A stretch of 64,000 nucleotides of DNA from Flavobacteriales bacterium (GCA_036562565.1 DATCJY010000066.1:10317-74316), one strand, 5' to 3'. Counted from the first letter of the stretch, positions 29,286 through 40,877 are shown. Translations and numbers: made by a program. The notes: generated by a model from the sequence alone, not told the origin.

Positions 29286-31000
29286 CGCGATTTCCATTTT
29301 GTATAAAGTTCAATCTGCGCTTTAGAGGCTGCGTCATTCCTACGCACTTTATAGCGCAGATTGTATTTTGTACCATCGGCAAATATTTGTCGTTTGCGAA
29401 TCACTCCTTTCGATAGCACCGTGAATTCAGCTGAACCTTCTGCAGCTCGCAACAGCTGATTAAAGTTGTGGGAGATACTTACCCTGTTCACTGAGAGAAT
29501 CTCATCTCCTACCCAAAGTTTGGCCATATCTGCTGGCGAACCTTCCGCTACAGAGCGAACAACTACTTTGCCTTGGCTTTCATCAACCACTAAACCGAAA
29601 TGTGTCGCAGCACAATCATTTAACTCTTTCTCCACCATTTCAAGTCCCACGGTATTCAATGCCTCTTTGAGGAAGGGGATATAATCATCGGTTCCGAAAA
29701 CCAATGATGAAAAGATGTGCTCAAACGACTGACCACTGATTTGCTCCAGAGCAAGTCGATAATCTTGCGAGGTATATCCTTTATTGGTTTTACCGAAGTC
29801 TTCATACATCTTGCGCATAACATCATCTAATGACTGCTTGCCACCGGTGGCATTCAAAATCATCAAATCACAGATGAGCGCTACAAGACAACCTTCATTA
29901 TAAATAGAAACCTTGCGCCATGGAATGCCCTGTACATACCCATCCAGCCAGGTTTCAAAACTGCTCTCCGCGACAGACAAATTGAAGCGACCAGGATTAG
30001 AGACATGGACATTGATGGTATCGGTAAGAACATTCAGCCATTCCGCATCACTAAATGAACCTGAACGCCATAGCAAATAGTCGCCATAATAAGTGGTCAC
30101 ACCTTCGGCCACATACCCCAGTTCCGAATAATTCTCACGAGAGAAATCGTACGGCATCATCTCCTTCGGGCGAATGTTCTTCACATTCCAAGTATGAAAC
30201 AGCTCGTGACAACTGATAGCAAGCAAGTCTTTGAAACCCTCGTCAGATGCGAAATCCGTAGCAGGTCCCATTGTGATGACTGTGGAGTTGCAATGCTCAA
30301 CACCGTGTCGCAAACGGTAGGGGACAAACTGAAACAGGAAGTGATATTCCTTGCATGGAATATCACCAAAGATGTTGAGCTGTTCTTCAGTGAATGCCGC
30401 AAACTCACGAATAAGACGGTCTTCATCGATAGTGACATCACCTTGTATCCAGATATGATATATCACGTTGTTCATACCGTAATACAAGTGTTGGAGTGAT
30501 GCGCTGGCTATAAGTGGAGAGTCAGCCAGTTGGTCAAAGCTATCTGCCAACAAAGTGTGTTCCGATTCTTTGGTAAGACCGGTAGCTATCTGATAGCGCT
30601 CCGGCAAATAGAACTGCAAACGATACGGAGCGGAGGCATTTTCCACATCATAGAAGAAACAATTGACAGGATTGATGTAAAGTTGTTCTTCATCGAGATA
30701 AGTAGAGCCTGCGTTGAGCTCTGCCGCATAATATTGGTAACGTATGTTCACCACTTCCAATCCAAGGCAATCCACTTCCCACAAGTCTTTCGATTTTTTC
30801 TTAAAGGACAACACATTACCATACTCATCCAAGGCATGCCACATGCGAATATTCTTCGCAAAGTTGCCAAGCTCATAGCGCCCGGGACGCCATGCCGGTA
30901 ATTGCAATTGCAACACACTTTTTCCTTTCACTGGAAACTTGGCTTCGAACGATATAAAATGACGATGCGGATGACTATAAAAAATGCGGTAATCAATCAT
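29267..31000 (-). CDS. M61 family glycyl aminopeptidase-like metallopeptidase with C-terminal PDZ domain
   Basis: N-terminal HRHFISFEAKF...LQLPAWRPGRYE. Zinc motif HELFHTWN. PDZ-like VVRSVAEGSPADMAKLWVGDEILSVN. Confidence 0.8.
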   Translation of the reverse strand: MIDYRIFYSHPHRHFISFEAKFPVKGKSVLQLQLPAWRPGRYELGNFAKNIRMWHALDEYGNVLSFKKKSKDLWEVDCLGLEVVNIRYQYYAAELNAGSTYLDEEQLYINPVNCFFYDVENASAPYRLQFYLPERYQIATGLTKESEHTLLADSFDQLADSPLIASASLQHLYYGMNNVIYHIWIQGDVTIDEDRLIREFAAFTEEQLNIFGDIPCKEYHFLFQFVPYRLRHGVEHCNSTVITMGPATDFASDEGFKDLLAISCHELFHTWNVKNIRPKEMMPYDFSRENYSELGYVAEGVTTYYGDYLLWRSGSFSDAEWLNVLTDTINVHVSNPGRFNLSVAESSFETWLDGYVQGIPWRKVSIYNEGCLVALICDLMILNATGGKQSLDDVMRKMYEDFGKTNKGYTSQDYRLALEQISGQSFEHIFSSLVFGTDDYIPFLKEALNTVGLEMVEKELNDCAATHFGLVVDESQGKVVVRSVAEGSPADMAKLWVGDEILSVNRVSISHNFNQLLRAAEGSAEFTVLSKGVIRKRQIFADGTKYNLRYKVRRNDAASKAQIELYTKWKSRYAVTN

Positions 31001-31029
31001 GTCTCAAAATTTCCTTTAATTCCTTGCTC

Positions 31030-32685
31030 TTACTTCTTGATGGCTTCAATAATCGGTTGGCCTGTGCACCCACTGGTCATTGGTAATCGGCAAATACTTG
31101 TAACAGTGGGAGCGATATCGGTAATTGTATAAGGCTCAAAACTCTCGCCTTTATTCACCCCAAAACCATAAAATATACCCGGAACATGTGTGTCATATCG
31201 GAAGGGCGAACCGTGTGTGGTTCCACCCATGCCATACTCGATATAGCCTGGTTTTACAATATAAACCACATCACCTGAATACTTCTGGCTGAAACCACGC
31301 TCTACCATTTCACGCACTTGTTGACCTCCCGTATAATTTGACAACTCATGAGCGGTAAATGCCATGAACACTTCCGGGAAATCTCTCACAATCACAGCCG
31401 CCTCTTCTTGAAGATCGTTCAAGTTAAGCTTCTTCTCAACGATGAGTTTTCTATTTAAAAAAATGTTTTGATTGCTTTCATTCACCACCCAATCACCGGC
31501 ACCATAGCGTTTCGTAAACTCTTCTTCAATTTTTTCTTCAATCGCTGCACTCTTGAAGTAACCATAAGCACCGTGGCGTTTGGCCATATAACTTGGAGTT
31601 GGTGTACCACCATGGTCAGCACTGAGGAACAAGAGGTAATTGTCTTTGCCATATTGTTCATCCAAGAAGTTGAGCAAAGATGCAAGCTCTAAATCCAGAC
31701 GCAGATAACAGTCTTGGGTCTCCATTGCATGTATCCCAAACTGATGCCCTACATAATCCGTGGATGAAAAACTCAAGCACAACATATCGGTGAATTCTCC
31801 TTGCCCAACGTTCTCATGTAGAATAAGTACTTTGGCAAATTCGATTGTGAGCTGATTTCCAAATGGTGTTGCTTTGAGCAATTCGTAGTTGCCATTGGCT
31901 GCTGCAAGGTCTTTCAAAACATAAGGAAACACCGGCTTGGTAGTTCCTCGGAATGGAATCTCGTGTGCATTGTTGTCCTCTATGCTTTCATCATAAGCAG
32001 TTACATCTTTCAGCAAGGACCATGTTTGCTCCATGAAATAAGCCGCACGACCCGAAGCATTAAAGTCCTTTACCCACTGAGGCAACTCATTCATGTACCA
32101 CGTACTGCTCACAAAAACGCCTTCGTTGCCACCAACAAACCAATAAGCCGCATCCGCGGTGCGACCTGCCGGAAGTATTGCTCCACGGTCTTTCATTGCA
32201 ATACCAAACACGCGCGAGCGCTGATTGGAAAAAAGCTTTAGTTCATCACCAATGGTGGTAGTGAGCAAATGCGTAGGTGACATCTGCCCGGCTTTGGAGG
32301 AAGTTCCCACACCACGAACGGAAGTATCACCGACACAATAGATAATGCTGTTGGTATATCTGTCATACCAATCGTTTTCAATAATGCCATGGTGTGCAGG
32401 TGTTGTGCCTGTGAACACCGAGGCGTGTCCGGGCGCAGTATAGGTTGGGAAATAATTGTAATGCAGATTGCGGCAGAAGAAGCCATCTTTCACAAGTCGC
32501 TTGAATCCGCCCTCGCTATAGTCATCCCAATAACGTTCTATGTAATCATAACGCATTTGATCCACGGTGATACCGATGATCACTTTTGGACGTCTTGCAT
32601 TTTCAGAACCGGTGGATGTCGGTTGAGCCACCGCACAACCAAATAATACCAACGAAATAAATAGGGAAAAGAATAACTGTTTCAT
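31030..32685 (-). CDS. Alkaline phosphatase / nucleotide pyrophosphatase family (PafA-like), probable lipoprotein
   Basis: Start moved to MKQLFFSLFISLVLFGCAVAQ (lipobox-like LFGC). VDQMRYDY, TYTAPGHASVFTG (Thr nucleophile context) and SADHGG are typical of the NPP/PafA superfamily. Confidence 0.7.
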   Translation of the reverse strand: MKQLFFSLFISLVLFGCAVAQPTSTGSENARRPKVIIGITVDQMRYDYIERYWDDYSEGGFKRLVKDGFFCRNLHYNYFPTYTAPGHASVFTGTTPAHHGIIENDWYDRYTNSIIYCVGDTSVRGVGTSSKAGQMSPTHLLTTTIGDELKLFSNQRSRVFGIAMKDRGAILPAGRTADAAYWFVGGNEGVFVSSTWYMNELPQWVKDFNASGRAAYFMEQTWSLLKDVTAYDESIEDNNAHEIPFRGTTKPVFPYVLKDLAAANGNYELLKATPFGNQLTIEFAKVLILHENVGQGEFTDMLCLSFSSTDYVGHQFGIHAMETQDCYLRLDLELASLLNFLDEQYGKDNYLLFLSADHGGTPTPSYMAKRHGAYGYFKSAAIEEKIEEEFTKRYGAGDWVVNESNQNIFLNRKLIVEKKLNLNDLQEEAAVIVRDFPEVFMAFTAHELSNYTGGQQVREMVERGFSQKYSGDVVYIVKPGYIEYGMGGTTHGSPFRYDTHVPGIFYGFGVNKGESFEPYTITDIAPTVTSICRLPMTSGCTGQPIIEAIKK

Positions 32686-32791
32686 ATTGGATGGCGAAGG
32701 TAAATTATCGAGGGTGATGAATGGTCCAACAAATTTGTCCATTGGTCATTTCCATTTGTGACTTTATTTTTTTATTCAAGTTTATATGCAT

Positions 32792-32816
32792 AAAAAAAGC
32801 CTCACACCCGTGAGGC
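32792..32816 (-). terminator. Rho-independent terminator after the DUF4139 gene
   Basis: GCCTCAC-ACCC-GTGAGGC stem (32799-32816). A7 on the plus strand (32792-32798) gives a U-run on the minus-strand transcript. Confidence 0.7.
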
Positions 32817-32873
32817 CTTTTAGCATTGAATTGAAGAATGAAAACAAGCACTACTCCTTTGGAAGGAATAAGT

Positions 32874-34538
32874 TTAGTTCATCGCAAGTACTTTGTCCTT
32901 GTTGTACTTAATATCGTATGAAAACTTCATCTTGTGCGTTTCCTTTGAGGTAAGTGTGAATTGCCAGCGCAGTGTTCCGGTATCCGCATTGTACTCGGCT
33001 TTACCGGTTGAACCGGGCTCCACTTTAATATCATCCTGTCGGGATAACGGCATTTGGTCTTCCACAACCATCTTGATAGGTGCCGATTTGAGGTTGCGCA
33101 CTGCAATCTCATACTCAACACTCTTGATTTTCTCGCTGCCAAGCGCTCGTTCTCTGTCTTCGTCTTTGATTTTTTTACGCGTGATTATCACATTGTTGTC
33201 ACGACCGAGAGGCAATGCCAGCTTCTCTTCCATCATACCGGGATGGATGCGTGTCTGACCGACATAGGTTCCGTCATAATAGATGTTAGCCACGGCAGGC
33301 AACAGATTCATTTCTTCCCATCCTGTGAGGTAAGCCATCAGATAGACGTCTTTGTCAAGCTTTGGCACTGCGTAGTATTCATAGGTGCTGGGTATTTCCT
33401 CACTCTTTATCGCCATGAGATACGGTTGTCCATTGCTCGGTATGGTGTATGGTATTTTCAAATCAAACTCTACCATGGTGAGATGCTCGGACATCGTGGT
33501 GTAAGCATGCATGTGTTGCGCATCCAACTCTGCCTTATCATTCATCACCGGTTTATCCCCCACTACAGCTCCTTTGCTTAATTCATTGTACTTTGGGAAT
33601 TGCGGTGTCTGTTGCAATGGCTGTACATAAGCCAAATACCAGGGTGCCAGTGTGGGCTTCACATTGCTGCGATGAGGATTGATGGTAGAAAGCTTGAGCT
33701 TCACGTCCTTCCAATCCACTCCGGTGGACTGAAATACATTGGCCTTGTAAGTAAGCGTCACCGGAGAGCTAATGTCATTTGCGCGCAAGTCATATGCTGG
33801 CGACCAACCTGCCTGTTGAACCATGTAACTCAACTCAAGTGTTCCTGTTACAGTAATATCGGATGAAATGGTGACAACCACTTGTTGTATCGGCTCATAA
33901 CGCTTTTTATCTCCTCCGGTGTGATGGGCGTAGTTTTCAAGCTCCACTTTGCGCTCTTGCATACGTGCAAGCTCTTGTTGGTGGTTTTGTTTGGTGCGCT
34001 CAGTTTTTAGCTGAAGCTTATTTATCTCCGCAAGCTTGATGCGCATATACTCCATGGCTTTGACGAGCGCCTGCAATGAGTCCTTAGCGCTTTGTCCCTT
34101 TACACTCCCACTGTTGAGCAACATGTTTTTCTCAAGCGAAAGAGCGTTCAATTCGTTTTCGGTTTCGCGCAATTTCCAATTGAGGTCTTCAATGGAATCA
34201 TTGAGCATGCGCAATGCTCTCTTGATTTCAACCGGCAACTCCGGCAAAGTATTGATTCCCGGCTCCGGATATTGCGTGCGCGGTGACACGTCAAGTATGA
34301 TGTATTCTCCTTTGCCTTTTACTTGAATACTTTGTTGGTCATAACCTTGCGGCAAGCCTTCAAATACCAATTTGGTCACCCCCTTATCGGCAGAGAATTT
34401 TCCTTTCTCTTTGATTTGTGCACCCTGCAGGAACACTGTGACCTGTTCTATTTTGCTGTCAACCTTTTTCTCTTTCTGAGAAAAAGCCGGTGATGCCAAT
34501 GCAATGAGCACCGCCAGCAAGAATGTTTTACCCATCAT
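32874..34538 (-). CDS. DUF4139/DUF4140 (MuiA-like) secreted protein
   Basis: 554 aa. Signal peptide MMGKTFLLAVLIALASPAFSQ. A coiled-coil middle region and a C-terminal beta-rich region. The layout is as remembered for the 'mucoidy inhibitor MuiA family'. Confidence 0.6.
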   Translation of the reverse strand: MMGKTFLLAVLIALASPAFSQKEKKVDSKIEQVTVFLQGAQIKEKGKFSADKGVTKLVFEGLPQGYDQQSIQVKGKGEYIILDVSPRTQYPEPGINTLPELPVEIKRALRMLNDSIEDLNWKLRETENELNALSLEKNMLLNSGSVKGQSAKDSLQALVKAMEYMRIKLAEINKLQLKTERTKQNHQQELARMQERKVELENYAHHTGGDKKRYEPIQQVVVTISSDITVTGTLELSYMVQQAGWSPAYDLRANDISSPVTLTYKANVFQSTGVDWKDVKLKLSTINPHRSNVKPTLAPWYLAYVQPLQQTPQFPKYNELSKGAVVGDKPVMNDKAELDAQHMHAYTTMSEHLTMVEFDLKIPYTIPSNGQPYLMAIKSEEIPSTYEYYAVPKLDKDVYLMAYLTGWEEMNLLPAVANIYYDGTYVGQTRIHPGMMEEKLALPLGRDNNVIITRKKIKDEDRERALGSEKIKSVEYEIAVRNLKSAPIKMVVEDQMPLSRQDDIKVEPGSTGKAEYNADTGTLRWQFTLTSKETHKMKFSYDIKYNKDKVLAMN

Positions 34539-34619
34539 GTGTATCGTGTTTTAATGATTACACGATGCAGTACAACTCAATGCCCATACCGTTCAATGCT
34601 CCAATATTTTGAATCCCTG

Positions 34620-34632
34620 TTTTTTTTTTTTT
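34620..34632. repeat. Homopolymeric T13 tract in a divergent intergenic region
   Basis: Thirteen consecutive T, counted directly. It lies 57 nt upstream of the lpxK ATG and 82 nt from the DUF4139 gene start. Confidence 0.95.
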
Positions 34633-34688
34633 GAATTCGCTGTGAAAGCCTTTCTCTTTTCTCGGTCGCTCTTACATTCGCACAGACT

Positions 34689-35720
34689 ATGAAAAAGCTG
34701 CGCCTCTTGCTTTATCCGTTTTCCCTGCTCTACGGAGCGGTGGTTTATTTGCGCAACCGCCTCTACGATATCGGTGTGCTTAGGAGCGAGCGCGGAGCTT
34801 TGCCCACCTTGGTCATAGGCAATTTGGCCACTGGTGGCACCGGCAAGACTCCCCACGCTGAATACTTTATCCGAGAGCTCATGGAAATGGACATTCGCGT
34901 GGCTATATTGTCAAGGGGCTATGGGCGCAAGACCAAAGGATTTATCATGGCAGATGACAAATCCACCGCGCATACCATTGGAGATGAGCCATATCAGATT
35001 CACCGCAAGTTTCCTCAATTGCCGTTGGCTGTATGTGAAGACAGACTCCATGGAATTCGAGAGCTCAAAGCTGCTACGGATGCTCAACTCGTCTTATTGG
35101 ACGATGCACTGCAACACCGCAGACTGAAAGGCGATCTCAACATCTTGCTCACCACCTATGAGCAACCGTTCTGGCGCGATTGGATGCTGCCTGCGGGCAA
35201 CCTGCGCGATAACCAACGCGAAAAACAGCGAGCGGACATCATCCTTGTCACAAAATGCCCACAGCTATTGACTCAGAAGGAGATGGACGATTGCGTACGC
35301 GCTATTTCCCCAAAAGCGAATCAATTTGTGTTTTTTAGCACCTTGGTCTACGGTGACCCCATTCAGTTAAGCGGTAGGCCTACGGATACTTCGGAAATCA
35401 AAGAAGTCATTGGCTTTGCCGGAATCGCTAATTATCAACCATTTGAAGAACATTTAACGAAACGGTACACCCTAAAAAAATTCAAATCCTTCCCGGACCA
35501 CTACATTTTTTCACACTCCGATATCGAAAGACTGGCAAGTGAATGTGGTAAATTTGGCGTCCCCGAGGCAGTGATGGTCACTACGGAAAAAGATGCCATG
35601 CGTCTCAAGGTCATGAACGGGTTACCCGATGTACCCGTTTTTTATGTGCCCATTGCCGTGGAGATTTTGGGCCAAGCAGGTCCAAAGTTGACTCGACTGC
35701 TCAGGGAACGGATTATTTAA
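34689..35720 (+). CDS. lpxK: Tetraacyldisaccharide 4'-kinase
   Basis: P-loop VIGNLATGGTGKTP, ILSRGYGRK, and the motif LDDALQHR. Confidence 0.9.
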   Translation: MKKLRLLLYPFSLLYGAVVYLRNRLYDIGVLRSERGALPTLVIGNLATGGTGKTPHAEYFIRELMEMDIRVAILSRGYGRKTKGFIMADDKSTAHTIGDEPYQIHRKFPQLPLAVCEDRLHGIRELKAATDAQLVLLDDALQHRRLKGDLNILLTTYEQPFWRDWMLPAGNLRDNQREKQRADIILVTKCPQLLTQKEMDDCVRAISPKANQFVFFSTLVYGDPIQLSGRPTDTSEIKEVIGFAGIANYQPFEEHLTKRYTLKKFKSFPDHYIFSHSDIERLASECGKFGVPEAVMVTTEKDAMRLKVMNGLPDVPVFYVPIAVEILGQAGPKLTRLLRERII

Positions 35721-35774
35721 TTGTGTTTTAATATCATCGCTCATCATAACCAGACGTAGCGAACACTAACAACA

Positions 35775-36920
35775 ATGAAAGGGTTGAGTTTATTAACGAT
35801 TGTAGCAGCAAGTATTTCCCTTGCTTGCTGCTCATCCGGAACACAGGGTACCATCTCCGGAAAAATCAAAGGCGCGGAAGGCAAAACCATCTACCTTGAG
35901 AGTTTTGCCAACAACCGAAGTGTCTTTACCGACAGCACCGTCATCGGTGCAGATGGAAGCTTTGCTATCCGTCCTGCCCAACCCCTCGAAAAAGATTTCT
36001 ACCGCTTGGTCATTTCCGATGAAGATTTCATCACCCTAATTACCGACAGCACCGAGTGCCCCAAAGTCGTTGCCGAATTGGGGAAGATTGCTGAAACATT
36101 GCGCGTGGATGGCTCTACCGACAGCGAAAGACTGCGCGAACTCGAAGTGCAATTGCGCCCGTACATCATTCGGGAAATGGAAGCGCGCAAAAAAATAACG
36201 GATTCGGAAATCAGCGATGAGGAACGCAGTGAAGCCAGCCTCGCAGCTATTGAAGCGCGCAAGGAACGTACCGAGTTCCTAAAAAAATGGCTCGATACGC
36301 ACAGCTCCACTCCATCGGCCTTGCTCACGTTGCAACATCTCGACCCTCGTGCCGACCAGCAATTGATAAACAAAGTGTTCACCGATTTGAATTCGTACTT
36401 CGGTCACACAACTATTTATAAAGGCATGAAGCAACAGATGCAATTGTTGCAACAACGCCAAATGGCGCAAACCGAAAATCCGGCTTTGTCCAAAATCAGT
36501 GTTGGCCAACCTGCACCTGAAATCGCACAGGAAGACCCTACGGGTAAAATCCGCAAACTTTCCGACCTGCGCGGTAAAACAGTGCTCATTGATTTCTGGG
36601 CATCATGGTGTGGCCCCTGCCGCAGAGAAAACCCTAACGTGGTTCAAGCCTATAAGAAATACAACAAAAAAGGATTTGAAGTATTCTCTGTATCCTTGGA
36701 CAAAACCAAACAATCATGGATTGATGCCATAGAGAAAGACGGACTCATCTGGCCCAATCACGTGAGTGACTTGCAATGGTGGCAAAGCGCTGCCGCAAAA
36801 GATTACGGAGTACAAAGCATCCCATTCACCGTTTTGGTGGATAAGGATGGAATCATATTAGCCCACAACCTCAGAGGACCACAACTCGAGGAACGTTTGG
36901 CAGAGATATATGGCCAGTAA
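35775..36920 (+). CDS. TlpA/AhpC-family thiol:disulfide oxidoreductase lipoprotein with extended N-terminal domain
   Basis: Lipobox-like SISLACCSSG. Thioredoxin active site FWASWCGPCRRENP. Confidence 0.8.
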   Translation: MKGLSLLTIVAASISLACCSSGTQGTISGKIKGAEGKTIYLESFANNRSVFTDSTVIGADGSFAIRPAQPLEKDFYRLVISDEDFITLITDSTECPKVVAELGKIAETLRVDGSTDSERLRELEVQLRPYIIREMEARKKITDSEISDEERSEASLAAIEARKERTEFLKKWLDTHSSTPSALLTLQHLDPRADQQLINKVFTDLNSYFGHTTIYKGMKQQMQLLQQRQMAQTENPALSKISVGQPAPEIAQEDPTGKIRKLSDLRGKTVLIDFWASWCGPCRRENPNVVQAYKKYNKKGFEVFSVSLDKTKQSWIDAIEKDGLIWPNHVSDLQWWQSAAAKDYGVQSIPFTVLVDKDGIILAHNLRGPQLEERLAEIYGQ

Positions 36921-36961
36921 GACGATTTAGTCGGTCATATTTATAACAGTTGATTTAGGGG

Positions 36962-36994
36962 CAGCACTCGAGCAATCGGGTGCTGTTCTTTTTT
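36962..36994 (+). terminator. Probable terminator between convergent tlpA-like and metF genes
   Basis: CAGCAC (36962-36967) pairs with GTGCTG (36980-36985). It is followed by TTCTTTTTT. Confidence 0.5.
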
Positions 36995-37031
36995 ATGGCT
37001 TTTCCCTTGCTGCCATTTGTATTTCAGTCAA

Positions 37032-37985
37032 TCAAAACACTGCTTTAGCAATGGCCTTCGTACTCTTGGCTTTACCCATGGTGTAATAATGCAAGACAGG
37101 TGCACCACCTTTCATGAGTTCTTTGGACTGCTCAATGCACCACTCTATTCCTATCTCTCGCACCGCTGCATCGTCCTTGGCTTTTTCTACCGCTTGTACA
37201 AGTTCATCCGGTAAATTGATATGGAAATGATGCGGTATCACGCTGAGCTGTGCCTTGGATGCAATAGGTTTTAATCCGGGAATAATAGGAACGGTGATAC
37301 CATACTCGCGGCACTCATCCACAAATTTGAAATATGCTTGGTTATCAAAGAACATCTGGGTGACAATGTATTCCGCTCCCGCATCCACTTTGGCTTTTAG
37401 ATGTCGCAAGTCAGCTTTGCGATTGGGCGCTTCAAAGTGCTTCTCCGGATAACCCGCTACTCCGATACAAAAATTGGTTTTGGTTGTTTCTTTCAAATCA
37501 CTGTCAAGGTAGCGACCATTGTTCATGTTCACGACCTGATGTACGAGTTCCACGGCATAAGTATGTCCATTTGGTTCGGGCTTGAAACGGCCTTCACTTT
37601 TAATAGGGTCGCCACGCAACACTAGGATGTTATCAACTCCAAGAAAATTAAGATCAATCAATGCATCTTCGGTATCCTGCTTCGTAAAACCTCCACATAT
37701 AATGTGCGGTATAGTATCTATTTTGTATTTGTGTGAAAGTGCCGCACAAATCCCTACTGTACCCGGTCGCTTGCGCACAACATGCTTCTCCAGCAAACCA
37801 TTGCCAGCATTGCGATATACATACTCTTCGCGATGATAGGTAACATCCACAAAAGCCGGTGAGAACTCCATGAGTTCGTCCATCGTTTCAAAAAGAGTTT
37901 CTATGGTTTCTCCTTTCAGCGGTGGCAGTATCTCAATGGAAAATAGCGTTGACTTAGCCTTTGCAATATGTTCGGTTACTTTCAT
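37032..37985 (-). CDS. metF: 5,10-methylenetetrahydrofolate reductase
   Basis: 317 aa. FSIEILPP, the VTYH... start, LRGDP, and AGYPEKH. Location downstream of metH supports the call. Confidence 0.9.
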   Translation of the reverse strand: MKVTEHIAKAKSTLFSIEILPPLKGETIETLFETMDELMEFSPAFVDVTYHREEYVYRNAGNGLLEKHVVRKRPGTVGICAALSHKYKIDTIPHIICGGFTKQDTEDALIDLNFLGVDNILVLRGDPIKSEGRFKPEPNGHTYAVELVHQVVNMNNGRYLDSDLKETTKTNFCIGVAGYPEKHFEAPNRKADLRHLKAKVDAGAEYIVTQMFFDNQAYFKFVDECREYGITVPIIPGLKPIASKAQLSVIPHHFHINLPDELVQAVEKAKDDAAVREIGIEWCIEQSKELMKGGAPVLHYYTMGKAKSTKAIAKAVF

Positions 37986-38072
37986 TTTTTATTCTGTCCT
38001 AGGTTATGTGTTCTATGTTATCTGTATAAGGAGATTGGCTCAAAACCAAATTGATTTCTTTGAATCCTTGCA

Positions 38073-40814
38073 TCAATAGGATAGGTTTGGAGAAAGCCAT
38101 CTCTCAGCCGTGTCAATATCTATTCCCTTGCGTTTTGCATAGTCCTCAACTTGGTCTTTGGTGATTTTTCCTAAACCGAAATATTTGGCTTCCGGATGTG
38201 CGAAGTAGTAACCGCTCACAGCAGCAGTTGGATACATCGCCAGTGAATCAGTAAGTTCCAAACCGATGTTTTCCTTCACTTGTAACAACTTCCAAATGGT
38301 GAGTTTTTCCAAATGGTCAGGACAAGCCGGATAACCGGGAGCCGGACGAATGCCCCTGTACTTTTCATCAATCAAAGCTTCGTTATCGAGTTGCTCATCC
38401 TTAGCATATCCCCACAACTCGGTGCGTACCTTTCGATGCATGTACTCTGCTAGGGCTTCTGCAAGGCGGTCAGCCAAAGCCTTTGCAAGAATGGACGAGT
38501 AATCATCGTGTTTGACGCCATACTCCTCAACAAGTCTGTCTAACCCGAAACCGGCACATACGGCAAAGCATCCGATATAGTCCTGCACGATGCTTTCTTT
38601 AGGCGCGATAAAATCAGCGAGTGCAAGATTGGGCTGCCCTGCTGTTTTCTTTGTCTGTTGGCGCAATGTTCTAAAAACTGCATCATATCCAGGAAGCACG
38701 ATATCATCTTGCTGACTGTATGCAGGAAAAATGCCTACCACCGCACGTGCGCTCAATCGCTTGTTCCTTACAATATCATGAAGCATGTGTTGTGCATCGT
38801 TGAACAATTTGGTAGCCTCTGTTCCTACTACCTCATCCTTTAAGATAGCAGGATATCGCCCCGCTAACTCCCAGGTTTGGAAAAACGGTGTCCAATCGAT
38901 ATACGGCACCAATTCCTCCAATGCTATGTCATTATATACTTCTATTCCGATGCGCTCAGGCGTATGAATCGTGGTTTCATCAAACAGGAGTTGCAGTTTG
39001 TTTGCACGTGCTTCTTCGATGCCTAAGAAGGATTTGGAAGATGTATTGTTGGCATAATGCTCGCGAACACGCGCGTACTCCCGCCTTGTTTCTTCAATAA
39101 AATCTTTCTTCAAATCGGTGCTGAGCAAATTGCTCACCACAGTCACTGCTTTGCTTGCATCCAACACATGCACCACCAGTTGATCATAGCATGGCTCAAT
39201 CTTCACGGCTGTATGCACGCGTGAAGTTGTAGCTCCTCCAATCAGTAATGGAATTTTTAATCCTCTTCGTTGCATCTCTTTTGCAACATGTATCATCTCA
39301 TCAAGCGAAGGGGTAATCAATCCTGAAAGACCGATGGCATCCACGTTTTCCGCGATAGCTGTTTCGATAATCTTCTCTGCCGGCACCATTACACCAAGGT
39401 CAATGATGTCATAGTTATTGCATGCCAACACCACGGAAACAATGTTTTTACCAATATCATGCACATCTCCCTTCACAGTAGCAAGAAGAACTTTTCCTGC
39501 TCCCCTGCCTCCCAATGGCGTGTGAGCCGCTGGAATTTGTTTGGCATATTCTTCCTTCTCTTTCTGAAGAAATGGTTCCAAATAAGCCACTGCTTTTTTC
39601 ATCACGCGTGCACTTTTCACGACCTGCGGCAAAAACATTTTTCCTGAGCCAAACAAATCACCAACAATGCTCATACCGGCCATAAGTGGCCCTTCAATCA
39701 CCTGAAGCGGTCTTCCATATTTCTGCCTTGCTTCTTCGGTGTCTTCATCAATGAAGTCAACGATGCCTTTCACAAGTGCATGCGACAAGCGATCCTCAAC
39801 ACTGCCATTACGCCATGATAAGTCTTGCGCGCTACCTTTCCTTGCCGACTCTTTGTTGCGCTCGGCATATTCCATAAGTCGCTCTGTGGCATCCTCTCTG
39901 CGATTGAGCACAACATCCTCCACGAGCTCAAGCAAATCCTTCGGTATCTCATCATAGACTTCAAGCTGTGCAGGATTTACAATGCCCATGTCCATTCCGG
40001 CATTGATTGCGTGATACAAGAAGACGGAATGAATCGCTTCACGCACGCGGTTGTTGCCCCTAAATGAAAACGATACATTGGATACACCACCACTCACCAA
40101 TGATCCGGGAAGATGTTGCTTGATCCATCTGGTGGCTTCAAAGAAGTAAACCGCATTGTTGCGGTGTTCTTCCATACCTGTTCCAACAGGAAAAATATTC
40201 GGATCGAAGATGATGTCACTTGCATTGAACTTGACTTTATCCACCAAGATGCGGTAAGCACGTTCGCATATCTGAACACGTCTTTCGTATGTATCTGCCT
40301 GACCCTCTTCATCAAAGGCCATCACAATCACTGCGGCACCATAGCGCTTAACCTTCTTTGCTTTCTCAATAAAATCCGCTTCACCATCTTTGAGTGAAAT
40401 GGAGTTCACCACACACTTGCCTTGCACACACTTTAGTCCGGCTACTATGACTTCCCACTTAGATGAGTCAATCATGATAGGAATGCGCGCAATATCCGGT
40501 TCACTAGCAATCAAGTTGAGAAACTTGGTCATGGCCGCAACTCCATCAATGAGACCTTCGTCCATGTTTACATCTAGGATCTGCGCACCGTCTTCCACTT
40601 GTTGACGAGCAACCGCTATGGCTTCATCAAACTTATCTTCTTTGATAAGATTCAAAAAGACTTTTGAACCCGTCACGTTGCAACGCTCACCTACGTTGAT
40701 GAAGTTGCTTTCGTTCGTTGCAATGAGCGGCTCTAGACCGGAAAGTTTTAGCTTGACAACCTGCTGTTGTCTTTCCCTCGCTGTGGTATTGTCTATTTTA
40801 TTCTCTGTATTCAA
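38073..40814 (-). CDS. metH: Methionine synthase, C-terminal polypeptide (pterin-binding, B12-binding and AdoMet-activation modules)
   Basis: 913 aa. Pterin-binding GERCNVTGS. Cobalamin motif [11 protein letters not shown] with [10 protein letters not shown]. The reactivation domain ends in ...[12 protein letters not shown]. Confidence 0.9.
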   Translation of the reverse strand: MNTENKIDNTTARERQQQVVKLKLSGLEPLIATNESNFINVGERCNVTGSKVFLNLIKEDKFDEAIAVARQQVEDGAQILDVNMDEGLIDGVAAMTKFLNLIASEPDIARIPIMIDSSKWEVIVAGLKCVQGKCVVNSISLKDGEADFIEKAKKVKRYGAAVIVMAFDEEGQADTYERRVQICERAYRILVDKVKFNASDIIFDPNIFPVGTGMEEHRNNAVYFFEATRWIKQHLPGSLVSGGVSNVSFSFRGNNRVREAIHSVFLYHAINAGMDMGIVNPAQLEVYDEIPKDLLELVEDVVLNRREDATERLMEYAERNKESARKGSAQDLSWRNGSVEDRLSHALVKGIVDFIDEDTEEARQKYGRPLQVIEGPLMAGMSIVGDLFGSGKMFLPQVVKSARVMKKAVAYLEPFLQKEKEEYAKQIPAAHTPLGGRGAGKVLLATVKGDVHDIGKNIVSVVLACNNYDIIDLGVMVPAEKIIETAIAENVDAIGLSGLITPSLDEMIHVAKEMQRRGLKIPLLIGGATTSRVHTAVKIEPCYDQLVVHVLDASKAVTVVSNLLSTDLKKDFIEETRREYARVREHYANNTSSKSFLGIEEARANKLQLLFDETTIHTPERIGIEVYNDIALEELVPYIDWTPFFQTWELAGRYPAILKDEVVGTEATKLFNDAQHMLHDIVRNKRLSARAVVGIFPAYSQQDDIVLPGYDAVFRTLRQQTKKTAGQPNLALADFIAPKESIVQDYIGCFAVCAGFGLDRLVEEYGVKHDDYSSILAKALADRLAEALAEYMHRKVRTELWGYAKDEQLDNEALIDEKYRGIRPAPGYPACPDHLEKLTIWKLLQVKENIGLELTDSLAMYPTAAVSGYYFAHPEAKYFGLGKITKDQVEDYAKRKGIDIDTAERWLSPNLSY

Positions 40815-40877
40815 TGGATGTGATGTTGTCAGTTAATCCGATATTAGGCGAGATATTACTGATATTATCCTTGGTAA

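Noticed and set aside
34593-34856. An 87-aa minus-strand ORF crossing the T13 tract (it encodes KKKK).
   Set aside because: It overlaps the lpxK 5' end in antisense, and its Lys run is simply the homopolymer read in frame.
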